From: an uncultured delta proteobacterium | GTDB lineage: Bacteria; Myxococcota_A; Polyangia; Polyangiales; Polyangiaceae | Assembly (NCBI GenBank): GCA_963696385.1 | Contig: CAVOKF010000008.1 | Span: forward strand, 800,001-864,000 | Length of the DNA stretch: 64,000 nucleotides | Direction of reading: 5' to 3' | Shown here: one piece after another, positions 29,252 to 39,308 of the stretch | Position numbering within the stretch: the first letter of the stretch is position 1 | How the letters are laid out: each line of letters begins with the position of its first letter | Made by a program: the position numbers and the translations under genes | Notes under the pieces: model-generated | Told to the model about the DNA's origin: nothing | Seen by the model: the letters and a program-made list of their open reading frames with translations, nothing else | Database searches by the model: none

Positions 29252-30181
29252 ATGAAAGCTGCGCGAGTTCATCGATTCGGGCCGCCCGAGGTCATCACCA
29301 TCGAGGAGACGGCCACGGCGTTGCCCGGGGATGACGAGATCCTCGTGCGGGTGGCTGCGTGCGGTGTCGGACCCTGGGATGCCTGGGTGCGCGCTGGCAA
29401 GAGCGTCATCGAGCAACCGTTACCGCTCACTTTGGGCGCTGACCTGTCGGGCACGGTGACCCAAGTTGGTTCGGGGGTACGCGGCCTGTCCCTTGGACAG
29501 GCGGTGTTCGGCGTGACTAACCCCCGATTCACAGGAGCCTACGCCGATTTCGCCGTGGCATCCGCGGCCATGATCGCGCCCAAACCGCCGGGGCTCGACC
29601 ACCGTGCCGCTGCTGGGCTTCCCGTCATCGCAGCGACGGCACGCCAGATGGTCGACGACGAGGCACGCGTGGTCGCCGGACAGCGCGTCCTCGTGCACGG
29701 CGCTGGGGGCAGCGTAGGGTCGCTCGCCGTGCAGCTCGCCATGGCTCGCGGTGCGACGGTCGTCGGGACCAGCCCGCCGGGTGCGACGGATTACGTGCGT
29801 TCGCTCGGCGTGGAGCGCGTCGTCGATGGCACCGCCGAGGACTTCACGCGCGACATTGCCCCAGTGCATGCGGTGATCGACACAGTCGGAGGCGCCACGC
29901 AGGGCAAGTTGCTCGCGGCTCTCGCTCCCGGAGGCATCCTTGTGTCGTCGGTGTCGCAGCCCGACCCCGCGCTCACCGCGAAGTTGGGCGTTCGTGGCGT
30001 CTTCATCCTCGTGCGAGTGACGCGCCAGGCGCTCGTCGACATCGGGGCGCTCGCCTCGGCGGGCCGGCTCACCTTGCGACTCGCGCCGACGCTGCCACTA
30101 TCGAAGGCTCGCCTCGCGCACGAGATGCTCGAGGGCATCCCACGGCGGCCCGTCGGGAAGATGGTCTTGCAGCCCGAATGA
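29252..30181 (+). CDS. NADP-dependent oxidoreductase (quinone oxidoreductase / MDR family)
   Basis: MKAARVHRFGPPEV, LGADLSG, VLVHGAGGSVG, GKMVL. Confidence 0.93.
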   Translation: MKAARVHRFGPPEVITIEETATALPGDDEILVRVAACGVGPWDAWVRAGKSVIEQPLPLTLGADLSGTVTQVGSGVRGLSLGQAVFGVTNPRFTGAYADFAVASAAMIAPKPPGLDHRAAAGLPVIAATARQMVDDEARVVAGQRVLVHGAGGSVGSLAVQLAMARGATVVGTSPPGATDYVRSLGVERVVDGTAEDFTRDIAPVHAVIDTVGGATQGKLLAALAPGGILVSSVSQPDPALTAKLGVRGVFILVRVTRQALVDIGALASAGRLTLRLAPTLPLSKARLAHEMLEGIPRRPVGKMVLQPE

Positions 30182-30586
30182 TTTCGATCGCTGCGAGGGT
30201 TTTCGTCGAAGGTCACGGCGAGGACGCAATCGGTCAGGTCCGCGCCGGCAGTCCTCGAAGGATAGAGCGCGAAGGAGCCGCCCGAGAAGTTCTTCGGTCG
30301 CAACGGCCACCTTCGGCTTGCCGAAGATTTTCGCGACGACCTCGGGGGGGCCCAGTTCCTCCGATGGTGAGTCGCGTATGGGCGGTAGCGGTCTTCGGAA
30401 GACACTCGCCGAAGCCGCGCCCACGTTTCCCTGGACCGGGGCTTGCGCCTTGGATCATGCGTGCCCGCCATCATGGCCGCTCATGGCGAGCGTCGCGTTG
30501 CTGCGAGCTGGGGCCGTCCTCTACGCTCGCGACTTAGGGGCAGTGTAGACGCGCAGCCCAAACGTGCGGCTAAGCCTTGTCATCTC

Positions 30587-30724
30587 TCGCGCAGCATCGC
30601 GATGCCTTGGCTTTGGGCAATGGGTGGGCAATGCGGTAGAGCCGCGCCTGTAAGTCGCGCAGCATCGCGATGCCTTGGCTTTGGGCAATGGGTGGGCAAT
30701 GCGGTAGAGCCGCGCCTGTAAGTC
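30587..30724. repeat. Exact 68-bp tandem duplication just downstream of tRNA-Gly
   Basis: tcgcgcagcatcgcgatgcc...gcgcctgtaag at 30587 and 30655. Confidence 0.95.
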
Positions 30725-30754
30725 CCGGTAGACGAACGGCTTTCTGGCCCATAG

Positions 30755-30826
30755 AGCGGGAGAAGGGATTTGAACCCTCGACGTCCACCTTGGCAAGGTG
30801 GCACTCTACCACTGAGTTACTCCCGC
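30755..30826 (-). tRNA. tRNA-Gly (GCC)
   Basis: GCGGGAG/CTCCCGC acceptor stem, CTTGCCAAG anticodon region, GTTCAAATC T-loop; CCA not encoded. Confidence 0.97.
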
Positions 30827-30865
30827 AAATCTCGGCAGAATGGAGCCCGAGAAGGATACCGGCAT

Positions 30866-30894
30866 CGTGTAGCGTGCTCGATCGGCAGTGTCAA
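30866..30894 (-). promoter_or_regulatory. Promoter for tRNA-Gly
   Basis: TTGACA, 17 nt, TACACG. Confidence 0.55.
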
Positions 30895-30941
30895 CGCGCT
30901 GGCCATTGCACCGACGCCCCCCTAACGTCGGGGCGCCGAAT

Positions 30942-32189
30942 TCAGGCATAAAACCCGATGGCCGCGTGACTTACGATCGATCCGTCGTCTTCGTCCACGG
31001 TCTGTTCATAGTGGAGTAGGCGCCCGGTCGTGCCGGCGGCGTTCGATCCGACCGATCGCAGAAGCGACCAGATCGGCGCTAGCCCACACACACGGCGTTC
31101 GTCGAGATCGGCGACGACATGCGCCCAAAAACCGCTCGCGTCGAGCGCCACCGCATGCTCCAACGACATCCGATCGGCTCGCTCGAGGTTGGTGCGCTGC
31201 TCCGTGTCGTATGCGCGCGAATCGCCAAAGCGCGGACCGACGTGTGCGAGGTCCGCACCGGCCACGACAACGACGCGGCCCGCGCGGGCCTCGACCATCG
31301 CGCGCACGCCACCGATGAAGCGCGCGATACGGGCATCCGTATCTGGCGCTTCGCCGCTCGCCTGCTGCGTGCCCAAGCCGGCCAGGACAGGGACGATGCG
31401 AAAGGGTCGACCCTTCAGCAAGTGCTTGAGAAAGACCACCTGGAATTCGAGCGAGTGCTCGCGCTTGTGGTTGAACTGATCGGCGTACGGGTCGAAGCCG
31501 TCGGCGAGCGCAGCAAGCGAGTCGATGCTCTCGGCGTCGGCATCGACAGGTCCGAGCGGTGTGCCGAAGGCCTTGCGGCACAGCGCGAACGGCTCGCGCA
31601 TGGGGGCATGCGACGTTCCAAAGACAACAAACGTGTCGGCGTCCGGCGGCAGCGAAGCGCGCATGGCCCCATACGCGTGACCGTAACCAACCGCACCCCG
31701 CCACGGGTCGATGTGGGGTGCGATGAGTCCCACCAGTCGCCCTTGTCCTGGGACGGCGGCGCCATTGGCTCGCGCGAGACACGAATCGTCGATGTAGCGC
31801 TCGAGCGCACGCCCGTCGCCATGATAGGCGCCGCCGGCATGCGAGGCCGGACGAACGGAGGCGGCAGCGAACTCGCGTTCGACTCGAGCGCGTGCGGCAC
31901 GAAACGATGGTCCCTGCAGAAAGAGACCGCGCTCGAGTTCGTCGGCCAACCTGACGACAACCTCGACGGGCACGGGCTGGCCCATCTCGTTCGAAGCCTC
32001 GCGGGCGATTTGGTCGCAGCTGGCTGTGCCATTGAAGCGCGATACGACGGCAACGAGGGCTGGCGGAATCACTGCGTGTGCCGCGGTGACTCCCTGTGGA
32101 TCGCGCAATACGAGCACGCGGCCGTGCTGACGATCCGGTACGACTATCGACTCGACGGCACGAAGCGCAGGACGAGATCGGGCATCCAT
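30942..32189 (-). CDS. MEMO1-family protein (AmmeMemoRadiSam protein B)
   Basis: HAGGAY, IAPHID, GTSH, EHSLEFQ, ADLAHVG, VCG. Confidence 0.9.
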   Translation of the reverse strand: MDARSRPALRAVESIVVPDRQHGRVLVLRDPQGVTAAHAVIPPALVAVVSRFNGTASCDQIAREASNEMGQPVPVEVVVRLADELERGLFLQGPSFRAARARVEREFAAASVRPASHAGGAYHGDGRALERYIDDSCLARANGAAVPGQGRLVGLIAPHIDPWRGAVGYGHAYGAMRASLPPDADTFVVFGTSHAPMREPFALCRKAFGTPLGPVDADAESIDSLAALADGFDPYADQFNHKREHSLEFQVVFLKHLLKGRPFRIVPVLAGLGTQQASGEAPDTDARIARFIGGVRAMVEARAGRVVVVAGADLAHVGPRFGDSRAYDTEQRTNLERADRMSLEHAVALDASGFWAHVVADLDERRVCGLAPIWSLLRSVGSNAAGTTGRLLHYEQTVDEDDGSIVSHAAIGFYA

Positions 32190-32259
32190 CGGTACCCAGC
32201 TTAGCGGACGCTTGCGATCGGCGCGCCGCGTCATGAGTTTGACGGCTAGTCTCGATACG

Positions 32260-32763
32260 ATGCGACGCACTTCCCCGCTTTGGCACCAGTCGCCCTATCG
32301 TGCGAACCTCCTCGCGCTCTACGCAGAAGCCGATGCGCTGCTTGCGGGCTGGGCATGCGCGTGTACGACCCACGTTGCACCCGAAGCTCGTTGTTGCCGG
32401 TTTGACCTCACCGGGCGCGAGCCGCACGCCACGGCCGTCGAGCTGGAAGAGGTGCGTCACGCCATGCGCGCCCGCGGGCTCTCGCCGCGGGGCCCGCGTA
32501 GCCTTCCATTGGCGCAACCGGGGCCGTGCCCGCTCCTCTCCGAAGGCGGCCGCTGTCGGGTCTACGCCGCGAGACCATTCGGCTGTCGCACGTTTTTCTG
32601 TCGGGAGGCAGAAGCGCCCTATGGATCCAGCGCCCGGCCACCGCGTGACGCAGTGAATGCGATCGGGCGTCGCATTGCGGATTTGTCCGCGCGCTTTGCG
32701 CCCCTCGACCCTCATCCTCGTCCCCTCGTGCGCGCACTCGCCAAGCCGGGCGTGACCAGGTAA
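32260..32763 (+). CDS. YkgJ-family cysteine-cluster protein
   Basis: CAC...RCC...CPLL...CRVYAARPFGCRTFFC. Confidence 0.88.
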   Translation: MRRTSPLWHQSPYRANLLALYAEADALLAGWACACTTHVAPEARCCRFDLTGREPHATAVELEEVRHAMRARGLSPRGPRSLPLAQPGPCPLLSEGGRCRVYAARPFGCRTFFCREAEAPYGSSARPPRDAVNAIGRRIADLSARFAPLDPHPRPLVRALAKPGVTR

Positions 32764-32864
32764 TCGCGTACATTTTGCAGGCGTCTTTCACGCCGAACTT
32801 CCACATCCGAGGCGAGCGAAGCTCCTGGATTGGCGGCGCGCGGCCGATTAGTCTCCGCGCCGCT

Positions 32865-34250
32865 ATGCGCCTTGCGTCCTTGCTCGGGCCGGACATCAAG
32901 CAAATCCTCAAGGAGGATCCCGACCAGATCCGCGAGCTGCTCGATGAAATCCACGCCGAGGATCTCGCCGACATCGTCAGCGAGCTCGACCCCGACGAGG
33001 CCGCCGAGCTCCTGGCTCGAATCCCTGCCGAGGACGCCGTTTCCATCTTCGAGCGCCTCGACGATCACGAGCAGGAAGAGCTCGTCGAGCAAATGCCGGC
33101 CGAGTCGGTTGCGGAGATCGCCAGCGAGATGGCGGCCGACGACCGAGCGGACCTCTTCAGCGTCCTGCCCGATGCCGTGGGAGAGCAGGTTTTCGAGGCG
33201 CTCCGAAAGGTCGACCCCGAAGCCGCTCAGGAAGTGCGCGACATCGAGAAGTGGCCCGATACGAGCGCCGGCCGCTTGATGAACACCGACTTCGTCGGTG
33301 TCTCTCCCCGCATTCTCGTATCCCAAGCGCTGGAGGAGGTACGCAGTCGCGCCCGTGAACGCGAAGAATTCGTTTACGTCGTCTACGTCCTCGAGGGCGA
33401 GAAGCTCGCGGGTGTCGTGAGCCTTCGGGATCTACTCGTCGCGGAACCCGAGCTGGGCATCGCCGAGGTGATGCGGACCAAGGTTATCAGCGTGCCGCCG
33501 ACGATGGATCAAGAAGAAGTCGCCCGGCGGATGGCAAAGTACGATTTGAACGTGATCCCGGTCGTGGCCGAAGACGAGCGGCTTCTGGGAGTCATCACGA
33601 TCGACGACATCATCGACGTGCTCGTCCGCGAGCAGACGAAGGATGTCCAGAAGATCGGCGGCATCGAGCCTCTCGACGTCCCCTACTTTCAGACCAGCTT
33701 TCTCAGCTTCATCCGGAAGCGTGCCGTCTGGCTGATTGTTCTATTCGTGGAGGAGTTCTTCACACAGACCGCGCTGCGTTCGTACGACTACATCATGGAG
33801 GCGGTCAAAGGGGCCCTTCTCTACGTCCCGCTTCTCATCTCGGCGGGCGGGAATTCGGGGTCTCAATCGTCGACGCTGGTCATCCGCGGCTTGGCGCTCG
33901 GCGAAATCAAGTTGAAAGACTGGTGGCGCATTCTGCTGCGAGAGACCGGAATGGGTGTCGTTCTGGGAACCATCATCGCGGCGATCGCCATGGGTCGCGT
34001 CTTGATGTACCCGGATCAGACGATGCTCTTCGCCATCACCGTGGCTCTCACGGTGTTGTGCATCATCGTGTGCGGGTGCACTGTCGGGTCGATGCTGCCT
34101 ATCGTCTTGAAGCGTCTCGGAATCGATCCCGCGACCAGCTCGACGCCTTTCATCGCAAGTCTGGTCGACACCCTCGGGGTCATCATTTATGCCCATGTGG
34201 CCATGACCGTGATGCACAAGGTCATCGAGGAGCGGCTAGCGGGGCACTAG
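32865..34250 (+). CDS. mgtE: Magnesium transporter MgtE
   Basis: N-domain, CBS pair, GGNSGSQ, DPATSSTPFI. Confidence 0.95.
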   Translation: MRLASLLGPDIKQILKEDPDQIRELLDEIHAEDLADIVSELDPDEAAELLARIPAEDAVSIFERLDDHEQEELVEQMPAESVAEIASEMAADDRADLFSVLPDAVGEQVFEALRKVDPEAAQEVRDIEKWPDTSAGRLMNTDFVGVSPRILVSQALEEVRSRAREREEFVYVVYVLEGEKLAGVVSLRDLLVAEPELGIAEVMRTKVISVPPTMDQEEVARRMAKYDLNVIPVVAEDERLLGVITIDDIIDVLVREQTKDVQKIGGIEPLDVPYFQTSFLSFIRKRAVWLIVLFVEEFFTQTALRSYDYIMEAVKGALLYVPLLISAGGNSGSQSSTLVIRGLALGEIKLKDWWRILLRETGMGVVLGTIIAAIAMGRVLMYPDQTMLFAITVALTVLCIIVCGCTVGSMLPIVLKRLGIDPATSSTPFIASLVDTLGVIIYAHVAMTVMHKVIEERLAGH

Positions 34251-34761
34251 CGCGACGGCACGTTGCGCATTGAAGCGGAGGTGGAGGAGGGTGGATGCCC
34301 TTGGCAATCGTCTCCCCGCAGGCACACGCCCACCCCGAGATCCTCGCAGGGTTTCCGACCACAATGGCGTGAGCGGGCACATCGCGAGTGACGACGGCGC
34401 CCGCACCGATCATCGCGCACAGGCCGATGTGCAGCGGGGCGACGAGCGTTGCATGGGCGCCGACGGTGGCGCCGTCTTCTACCCAGGTGCGATCCCAGTG
34501 CGGAGCGCGAGGGTAGGCGGCGCGAGGATGTCGCACGTTGGTGAACTGGGCGCCCGGACCGACGAAGACGTCTTGCCCGAGCACGACCCCGGCCCAAACG
34601 CTCGAATGGCCTTGGAGCCGTGTCCCCGCCCCAATCGTCGCGCCGCACGCGACGAAACAGAACGCGCCGACGACGACATCCGGCCCGAGCTCCGCCCCCT
34701 TCACGACGATGGACGGCGGGTAGATGCGCGGCGGGGCGCCGGAGCGTGGGCGACGGTTCAT
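34222..34761 (-). CDS. Hexapeptide-repeat N-acetyltransferase (WbpD/WlbB-like)
   Basis: DVFVGPGAQFTN, IGAGAVVTRDVP, VGNPAR, C-terminal CxC...CxxC. Confidence 0.88.
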   Translation of the reverse strand: MNRRPRSGAPPRIYPPSIVVKGAELGPDVVVGAFCFVACGATIGAGTRLQGHSSVWAGVVLGQDVFVGPGAQFTNVRHPRAAYPRAPHWDRTWVEDGATVGAHATLVAPLHIGLCAMIGAGAVVTRDVPAHAIVVGNPARISGWACACGETIAKGIHPPPPPLQCATCRRASAPLAAPR

Positions 34762-34814
34762 CCGGCCCGACGACGCTAGCGAATCCGGGTGAACCTGACT
34801 ACCGTTTACGCGTC

Positions 34815-35912
34815 ATGCTCCGCCCCAGGACGACGCCACCCGGCGTGATCGTTCCAGCAACCGATCGACTCACGTACCGACAATCCGGAGTCGACGCCGA
34901 AGCCGGCGACACTCTGGTCGACCGCATCAAACCGCTGGCTGCACTGACGCGGACGGCCGACGTGATCGGCGACATCGGAGGGTTTGCAGGGCTGTGCCGG
35001 GTGCCGGCCGACGTCGAAGATCCGGTTCTCGTCAGCGGTACCGACGGCGTTGGCACCAAGCTCAAAGTGTCCTTCGCGACGGGTGTGCACGACACGATAG
35101 GGTTCGACCTGGTCGGCATGTGCGTGAACGATGTCATCACGTGCGGCGCTCGTCCGCTGTTTTTCTTGGATTATTTTGCAACCGGAAGGCTCGACATAGC
35201 GGTCGCTGAAAAGGTCGTCGCCGGAATCGCGGCCGCGTGCGTGGAGAGCGGCTGCGCGCTTCTAGGCGGCGAGACGGCCGAATTGCCCGGGATGTACGCC
35301 CCCGGCGAATACGATCTCGCCGGCTTCGCCGTCGGCATCGTCGCCCGCAGCAAGATTGTCGACGGGGCCCGGGTACGCGACGGGGACACGGCGATCGCGT
35401 TGACGTCGAGCGGGCTGCATTCGAACGGGTACTCGTTGGCGCGCAAGGCGCTGTTCGATACTCTGGGTCTTCCGATCGAGGCGCGTCCGTTCGAGCTCGG
35501 GGGAAAGAGCGTCGGGGAAGCCTTACTGGAGCCGACGCGCCTCTACGTCCGGCCCGTGCAGAGGTTACTGTCGAGCGGCATCGACGTGCGCGCGATGAGC
35601 CACATCACGGGCGGCGGTATTCCCGGCAATGTTCCGCGCGTCCTGCCCGAGGGCCTCGGCATCCGCATCGACGCGACCTGGTCGCGCGCGCCGATCTTCG
35701 ATTTGGTCCAACGAGCCGGCGGCATCGAGGAGAAGGAGATGCGGCGCACTTTCAACGTTGGCGTCGGGTTCGTCGTCGTCGTCGCGGCCTCGGACGCTGA
35801 CCGCGCGATCGATACGCTTCGGGAGGGCGCCCCGGGCGCGTTTCGGCTCGGCACCATCGTGGCGATTCCGCCCGACCGTCCGTTCGAGGAACGCGTGGAG
35901 TGGCCGGGATGA
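34815..35912 (+). CDS. purM: Phosphoribosylformylglycinamidine cyclo-ligase
   Basis: TDGVGTK, FFLDY, GGETAE, GLHSNG, HITGGG. Confidence 0.97.
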   Translation: MLRPRTTPPGVIVPATDRLTYRQSGVDAEAGDTLVDRIKPLAALTRTADVIGDIGGFAGLCRVPADVEDPVLVSGTDGVGTKLKVSFATGVHDTIGFDLVGMCVNDVITCGARPLFFLDYFATGRLDIAVAEKVVAGIAAACVESGCALLGGETAELPGMYAPGEYDLAGFAVGIVARSKIVDGARVRDGDTAIALTSSGLHSNGYSLARKALFDTLGLPIEARPFELGGKSVGEALLEPTRLYVRPVQRLLSSGIDVRAMSHITGGGIPGNVPRVLPEGLGIRIDATWSRAPIFDLVQRAGGIEEKEMRRTFNVGVGFVVVVAASDADRAIDTLREGAPGAFRLGTIVAIPPDRPFEERVEWPG

Positions 35913-36571
35913 CGCTCGCCCTCGGCGTGCTTGCCTCGGGAAGCGGCACCAACCTGCAGGCTATCTTGGATGCGATCGTCTCAGGAACGCTGGACGCGAG
36001 AGTGGCCGTGGTGGTGTCGAACGTTCGAGACGCCCAGGCGCTCGCGCGGGCGCGGGCCGCGGGCATCGACGGCGTCCTCATCGAGCACACGGCCTTTGGC
36101 GACCGTAGGGCGTTCGACACGCAGGTCGTCGAGATCTTGCGCGCTCACGGCGCGGAGGTCGTGGTGCTGGCCGGCTTCATGCGGCTCGTCACGGACGTCC
36201 TGCTCGACGCCTACCCGATGCGCGTCGTCAACGTTCACCCTTCTCTTCTGCCCTCGTTTCCTGGACTGCACGCACAACGACAAGCCCTCGAATACGGCGT
36301 CCGGATCGCCGGATGCACGGTGCATTTTGTCGATTCCGGTACGGACACGGGGCCGATCATCGCCCAAGGCGCCGTCGAGGTATTCGACGACGACGACGAG
36401 GAACGTCTGCGCCTTCGCATTTTGGCCGAGGAGCATGCGCTGCTTCCGCGCGCTCTGCAGTGGATCGCAGCCGGGCGCTTGAGCGTCGTCTCGTCGGGGT
36501 CTCCGGGTAGTCGCGCGCGGGCACTCGTCGGAAGCGGGCCCATTGAAGCGAAGGGACTGCAACGACGATGA
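35909..36571 (+). CDS. purN: Phosphoribosylglycinamide formyltransferase
   Basis: SGSGTNLQA, LAGFMR, NVHPSLLP, DTGPII. Confidence 0.97.
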   Translation: MTLALGVLASGSGTNLQAILDAIVSGTLDARVAVVVSNVRDAQALARARAAGIDGVLIEHTAFGDRRAFDTQVVEILRAHGAEVVVLAGFMRLVTDVLLDAYPMRVVNVHPSLLPSFPGLHAQRQALEYGVRIAGCTVHFVDSGTDTGPIIAQGAVEVFDDDDEERLRLRILAEEHALLPRALQWIAAGRLSVVSSGSPGSRARALVGSGPIEAKGLQRR

Positions 36572-36634
36572 GACAACGCGAGCGTTGCTCATCCGACCGT
36601 TTTCCTTCGTTGGCCACCCTACCCCCTCGTCACG

Positions 36635-38179
36635 ATGTCGAAGCACTATGACGTTGCCATTCTCGGCGCCGGGATCGGCGCGCTCACGACGGCCGCCCTC
36701 CTGGCTCGTCGCTCGTGGCGCGTGCTGGTGCTCGGCCAGGGGTGGAGACCACCCACTTATCAATTCGACGGGGTCACCCTCGCCCGACGCCCTTTCACGT
36801 TCCTCGCGGCGTCCTCGCCCGCCTGGAGCAGGGTTCTCGTCGAGTTGGCGCAATCGCAAACACTGCGGCGCCGCACCATTGCGCTGAACCCCATGTTCCA
36901 GGTGCTGGCACCCAAACTTCGTCTCGAGGTGCCACCGGACGTTCAGCTCTTTGCCAAGGAAATTGATCGCACGTACCCGGAGGTACGTCGGGTCGTCGAC
37001 GAGCTCTATGCGGAGCTCGCATGGACCAACGCCGCGGCCGACGCAGCATTCGAGAGAGACCTGGTGTGGCCACCTGGCACCTTCTGGGAGCGCAGGGAGA
37101 CCGAGCGGATCGCGGAGTCGATGCCGCGCTTTGCACGCAACGCGGCGGCATTGCTGACCGAGTTTCCGCGCGATCACGACTATCGCGCGATCGTCGACGT
37201 GCCGGTGCGCTTCGCCAGTTACGCGGCCGACGTCCCTGAGTTCGCCGTCGCGCGGTTGCACGGTGCCTGGACACGCGGCGTCGTACGCTTGCACGGCGGC
37301 GAGAAAGAGCTGGTCGACTTTTTGCTCGATCGGGTTCGCGCGCACGGCGGAGAAGCGCACATCGGCGACCGGGCCTCGCGTATCGATCACAAGCGGGGCC
37401 GCGTAAGCGGCATCGTGGTCGATGGGGACGATGCATCGACGGGGGTGGAGTTTGTGGTGACCGATCATACGGCCCGCGCGCTTTTGGATCTCGCCAACGA
37501 TTTCGAACCTCCACGGCGCGCCCTGACCGCGCTGCCGCACCTGATTGCGACGGAGCGGCGACTCGTGGTCTCGATGGTCGTTCGTGACGAAGGCCTGCCG
37601 GCGCGGCTCGGCGACGAGGCATTTCTCATCGCCTCTGGCCCCCGGCGCGGCGCGGACGCCGTGAGCCCCCTCGTTCACCTGCAGCGCATGCGAGAGCCGT
37701 GCGGCATCGCCGGCGCCACACTGCTCGTCGCCGAAGCGGCGCTGGAGGACGGATCGTCCCCACCTTTAGCTCAGGGCCGCGAGACCGTCTTAGCCACAAT
37801 CGAATCGTTGCTGCCTTACATCGATCGGCATTATCTCGTCGTCGACTCCCCGCACGACGGACGCCCGCTGTGGGACTTCCGCTCGGGCGCGCGAAGGGAG
37901 GTCAATCGGGCGAGCCTGCGCGCCACCGGCGGTTCACTCGAGCCGGAGCCGATGGCGGCCCGCTGGCGCATCGATCCGCCGGCCTTCCACGGCCTCGGCG
38001 GCGAACCATTGCGCACCCCGCTCGGCGGTGCTTTCGTGGTCGGGCCCAGCGCTCTGCCCGCGCTCGGTCAGGAGGGCGAGCTTCTCGCGGCGTGGAGCGT
38101 GGCCCGACTCATCACGCGGACAGACCGCCAGAGGGAACGAATGCGACGCGAGATGTGGAGCAAGATCGAGCTCGAATGA
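36635..38179 (+). CDS. FAD-dependent phytoene-desaturase-like oxidoreductase
   Basis: N-terminal YDVAILGAGIGAL Rossmann motif; C-terminal PALGQEG. Confidence 0.75.
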   Translation: MSKHYDVAILGAGIGALTTAALLARRSWRVLVLGQGWRPPTYQFDGVTLARRPFTFLAASSPAWSRVLVELAQSQTLRRRTIALNPMFQVLAPKLRLEVPPDVQLFAKEIDRTYPEVRRVVDELYAELAWTNAAADAAFERDLVWPPGTFWERRETERIAESMPRFARNAAALLTEFPRDHDYRAIVDVPVRFASYAADVPEFAVARLHGAWTRGVVRLHGGEKELVDFLLDRVRAHGGEAHIGDRASRIDHKRGRVSGIVVDGDDASTGVEFVVTDHTARALLDLANDFEPPRRALTALPHLIATERRLVVSMVVRDEGLPARLGDEAFLIASGPRRGADAVSPLVHLQRMREPCGIAGATLLVAEAALEDGSSPPLAQGRETVLATIESLLPYIDRHYLVVDSPHDGRPLWDFRSGARREVNRASLRATGGSLEPEPMAARWRIDPPAFHGLGGEPLRTPLGGAFVVGPSALPALGQEGELLAAWSVARLITRTDRQRERMRREMWSKIELE

Positions 38180-38183
38180 TGCG

Positions 38184-39308
38184 CTACGGCGAATGCGGAT
38201 TGAGCCCCGTTTCGTGGCGAACGTCGAGCTTGGGCGCGGTCAACCCTTTCAGCCAACGCACCAGGATCGCGTATCCTTCGTGAACAAGCGCAAGCGACGT
38301 CGACTCGTTCTTTTGATGCGCTTGCGCGTTTTCGCCGGGTCCGAAGTTCACAGCAGCGACTCCATGCTCGGCGAAGCGTGCCACGTCGGTCCAAGCTTGC
38401 TTCGGCTCGACGGCGCGGACGCCGGAGGCGATGAGCGCGCGGACGAGCGGGTGCGACGCATTGGGGCGCGCGGCCGGAGACCGATCCGTTATCTCGACGT
38501 CGGCCCGGCCGGCCACCAGCGCGAGGACCTCACGCTGACTGTCGTCGAGGGTTCTATCGGGGGCAAAACGGTGATTGAGATTCAGGACGAAGCGGTCGGG
38601 GACCACGTTGCGTCCCCGCCCCCCATCGTGCGCCTGGGTGACCGTCGTAACCGTCCGGTACGTAAGTCCGTCGACGACGCTCGCGCGTGCTGGGAGCGAG
38701 CCGATTTCGCCAAGAAACGCGGCCGCACGAGTGATGGCGTTGTCGCCCTCCCATGGACGGGCGCTGTGGGCAGTGCGTCCGCGAAAGGTGACCGTGGCAT
38801 GGATGGATCCGACGCACCCGAGGTGCAGTTTGTTGTCGGACGGCTCCATGCACACAGCAAGGTCCATGGCCGCGAGATCGGGGTCTCGATCGAGGACAGG
38901 CCCGAGCTCGTTGTCGGCGAAGGGGCCTTCCTCGCGTGCGTAGAAGACAAGGGTGAGATCGCAGCCAAGCTCATCGACAGGCAACGTCTCTGCAACGGCG
39001 AGCATGACGGCAAGCCCGCTCTTCATGTCGCTCGCACCCGCGCCAACGCAGCGGCCCGCTTCAAGCCGGGCGGGGCCGTTCTCGGTACGAACCGTGTCGA
39101 GGTGGCCGACGAGGGCGATTCGTGGTCCTGGTCCCCGTGTAACCCGAACGACGATCGAGTTCCCATACCGGCGTACCGGTGCCGCCAACGCGAGCTTCGA
39201 GACGCGCGCTTGCACGGCGTCGCACAGCGATCGTTCCTCGCCGGTCGGCGAAGCTATGGCGCAGAGATCGAGCAGCGTCTGGTCGAGGAGTCGGGCGACG
39301 TCACTCAC
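38184..39308 (-). CDS. dapE: Succinyl-diaminopimelate desuccinylase
   Basis: GHLDTV, SDMKSG, REEG, AHSARPW, WTDVARF, AHQKNE; coupled to dapD. Confidence 0.9.
   Translation of the reverse strand: MSDVARLLDQTLLDLCAIASPTGEERSLCDAVQARVSKLALAAPVRRYGNSIVVRVTRGPGPRIALVGHLDTVRTENGPARLEAGRCVGAGASDMKSGLAVMLAVAETLPVDELGCDLTLVFYAREEGPFADNELGPVLDRDPDLAAMDLAVCMEPSDNKLHLGCVGSIHATVTFRGRTAHSARPWEGDNAITRAAAFLGEIGSLPARASVVDGLTYRTVTTVTQAHDGGRGRNVVPDRFVLNLNHRFAPDRTLDDSQREVLALVAGRADVEITDRSPAARPNASHPLVRALIASGVRAVEPKQAWTDVARFAEHGVAAVNFGPGENAQAHQKNESTSLALVHEGYAILVRWLKGLTAPKLDVRHETGLNPHSP

Larger units (their letters stand above)
21596..30826. mobile_element. Genomic island integrated at tRNA-Gly; no integrase visible
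   Basis: Bounded by the intact tRNA and its duplicated 3' half; accessory cargo and gene fragments. Confidence 0.75.

Noticed and set aside
30587..30724. Possible CRISPR array
   Set aside because: Only two directly adjacent 68-bp units, no spacers, no cas genes
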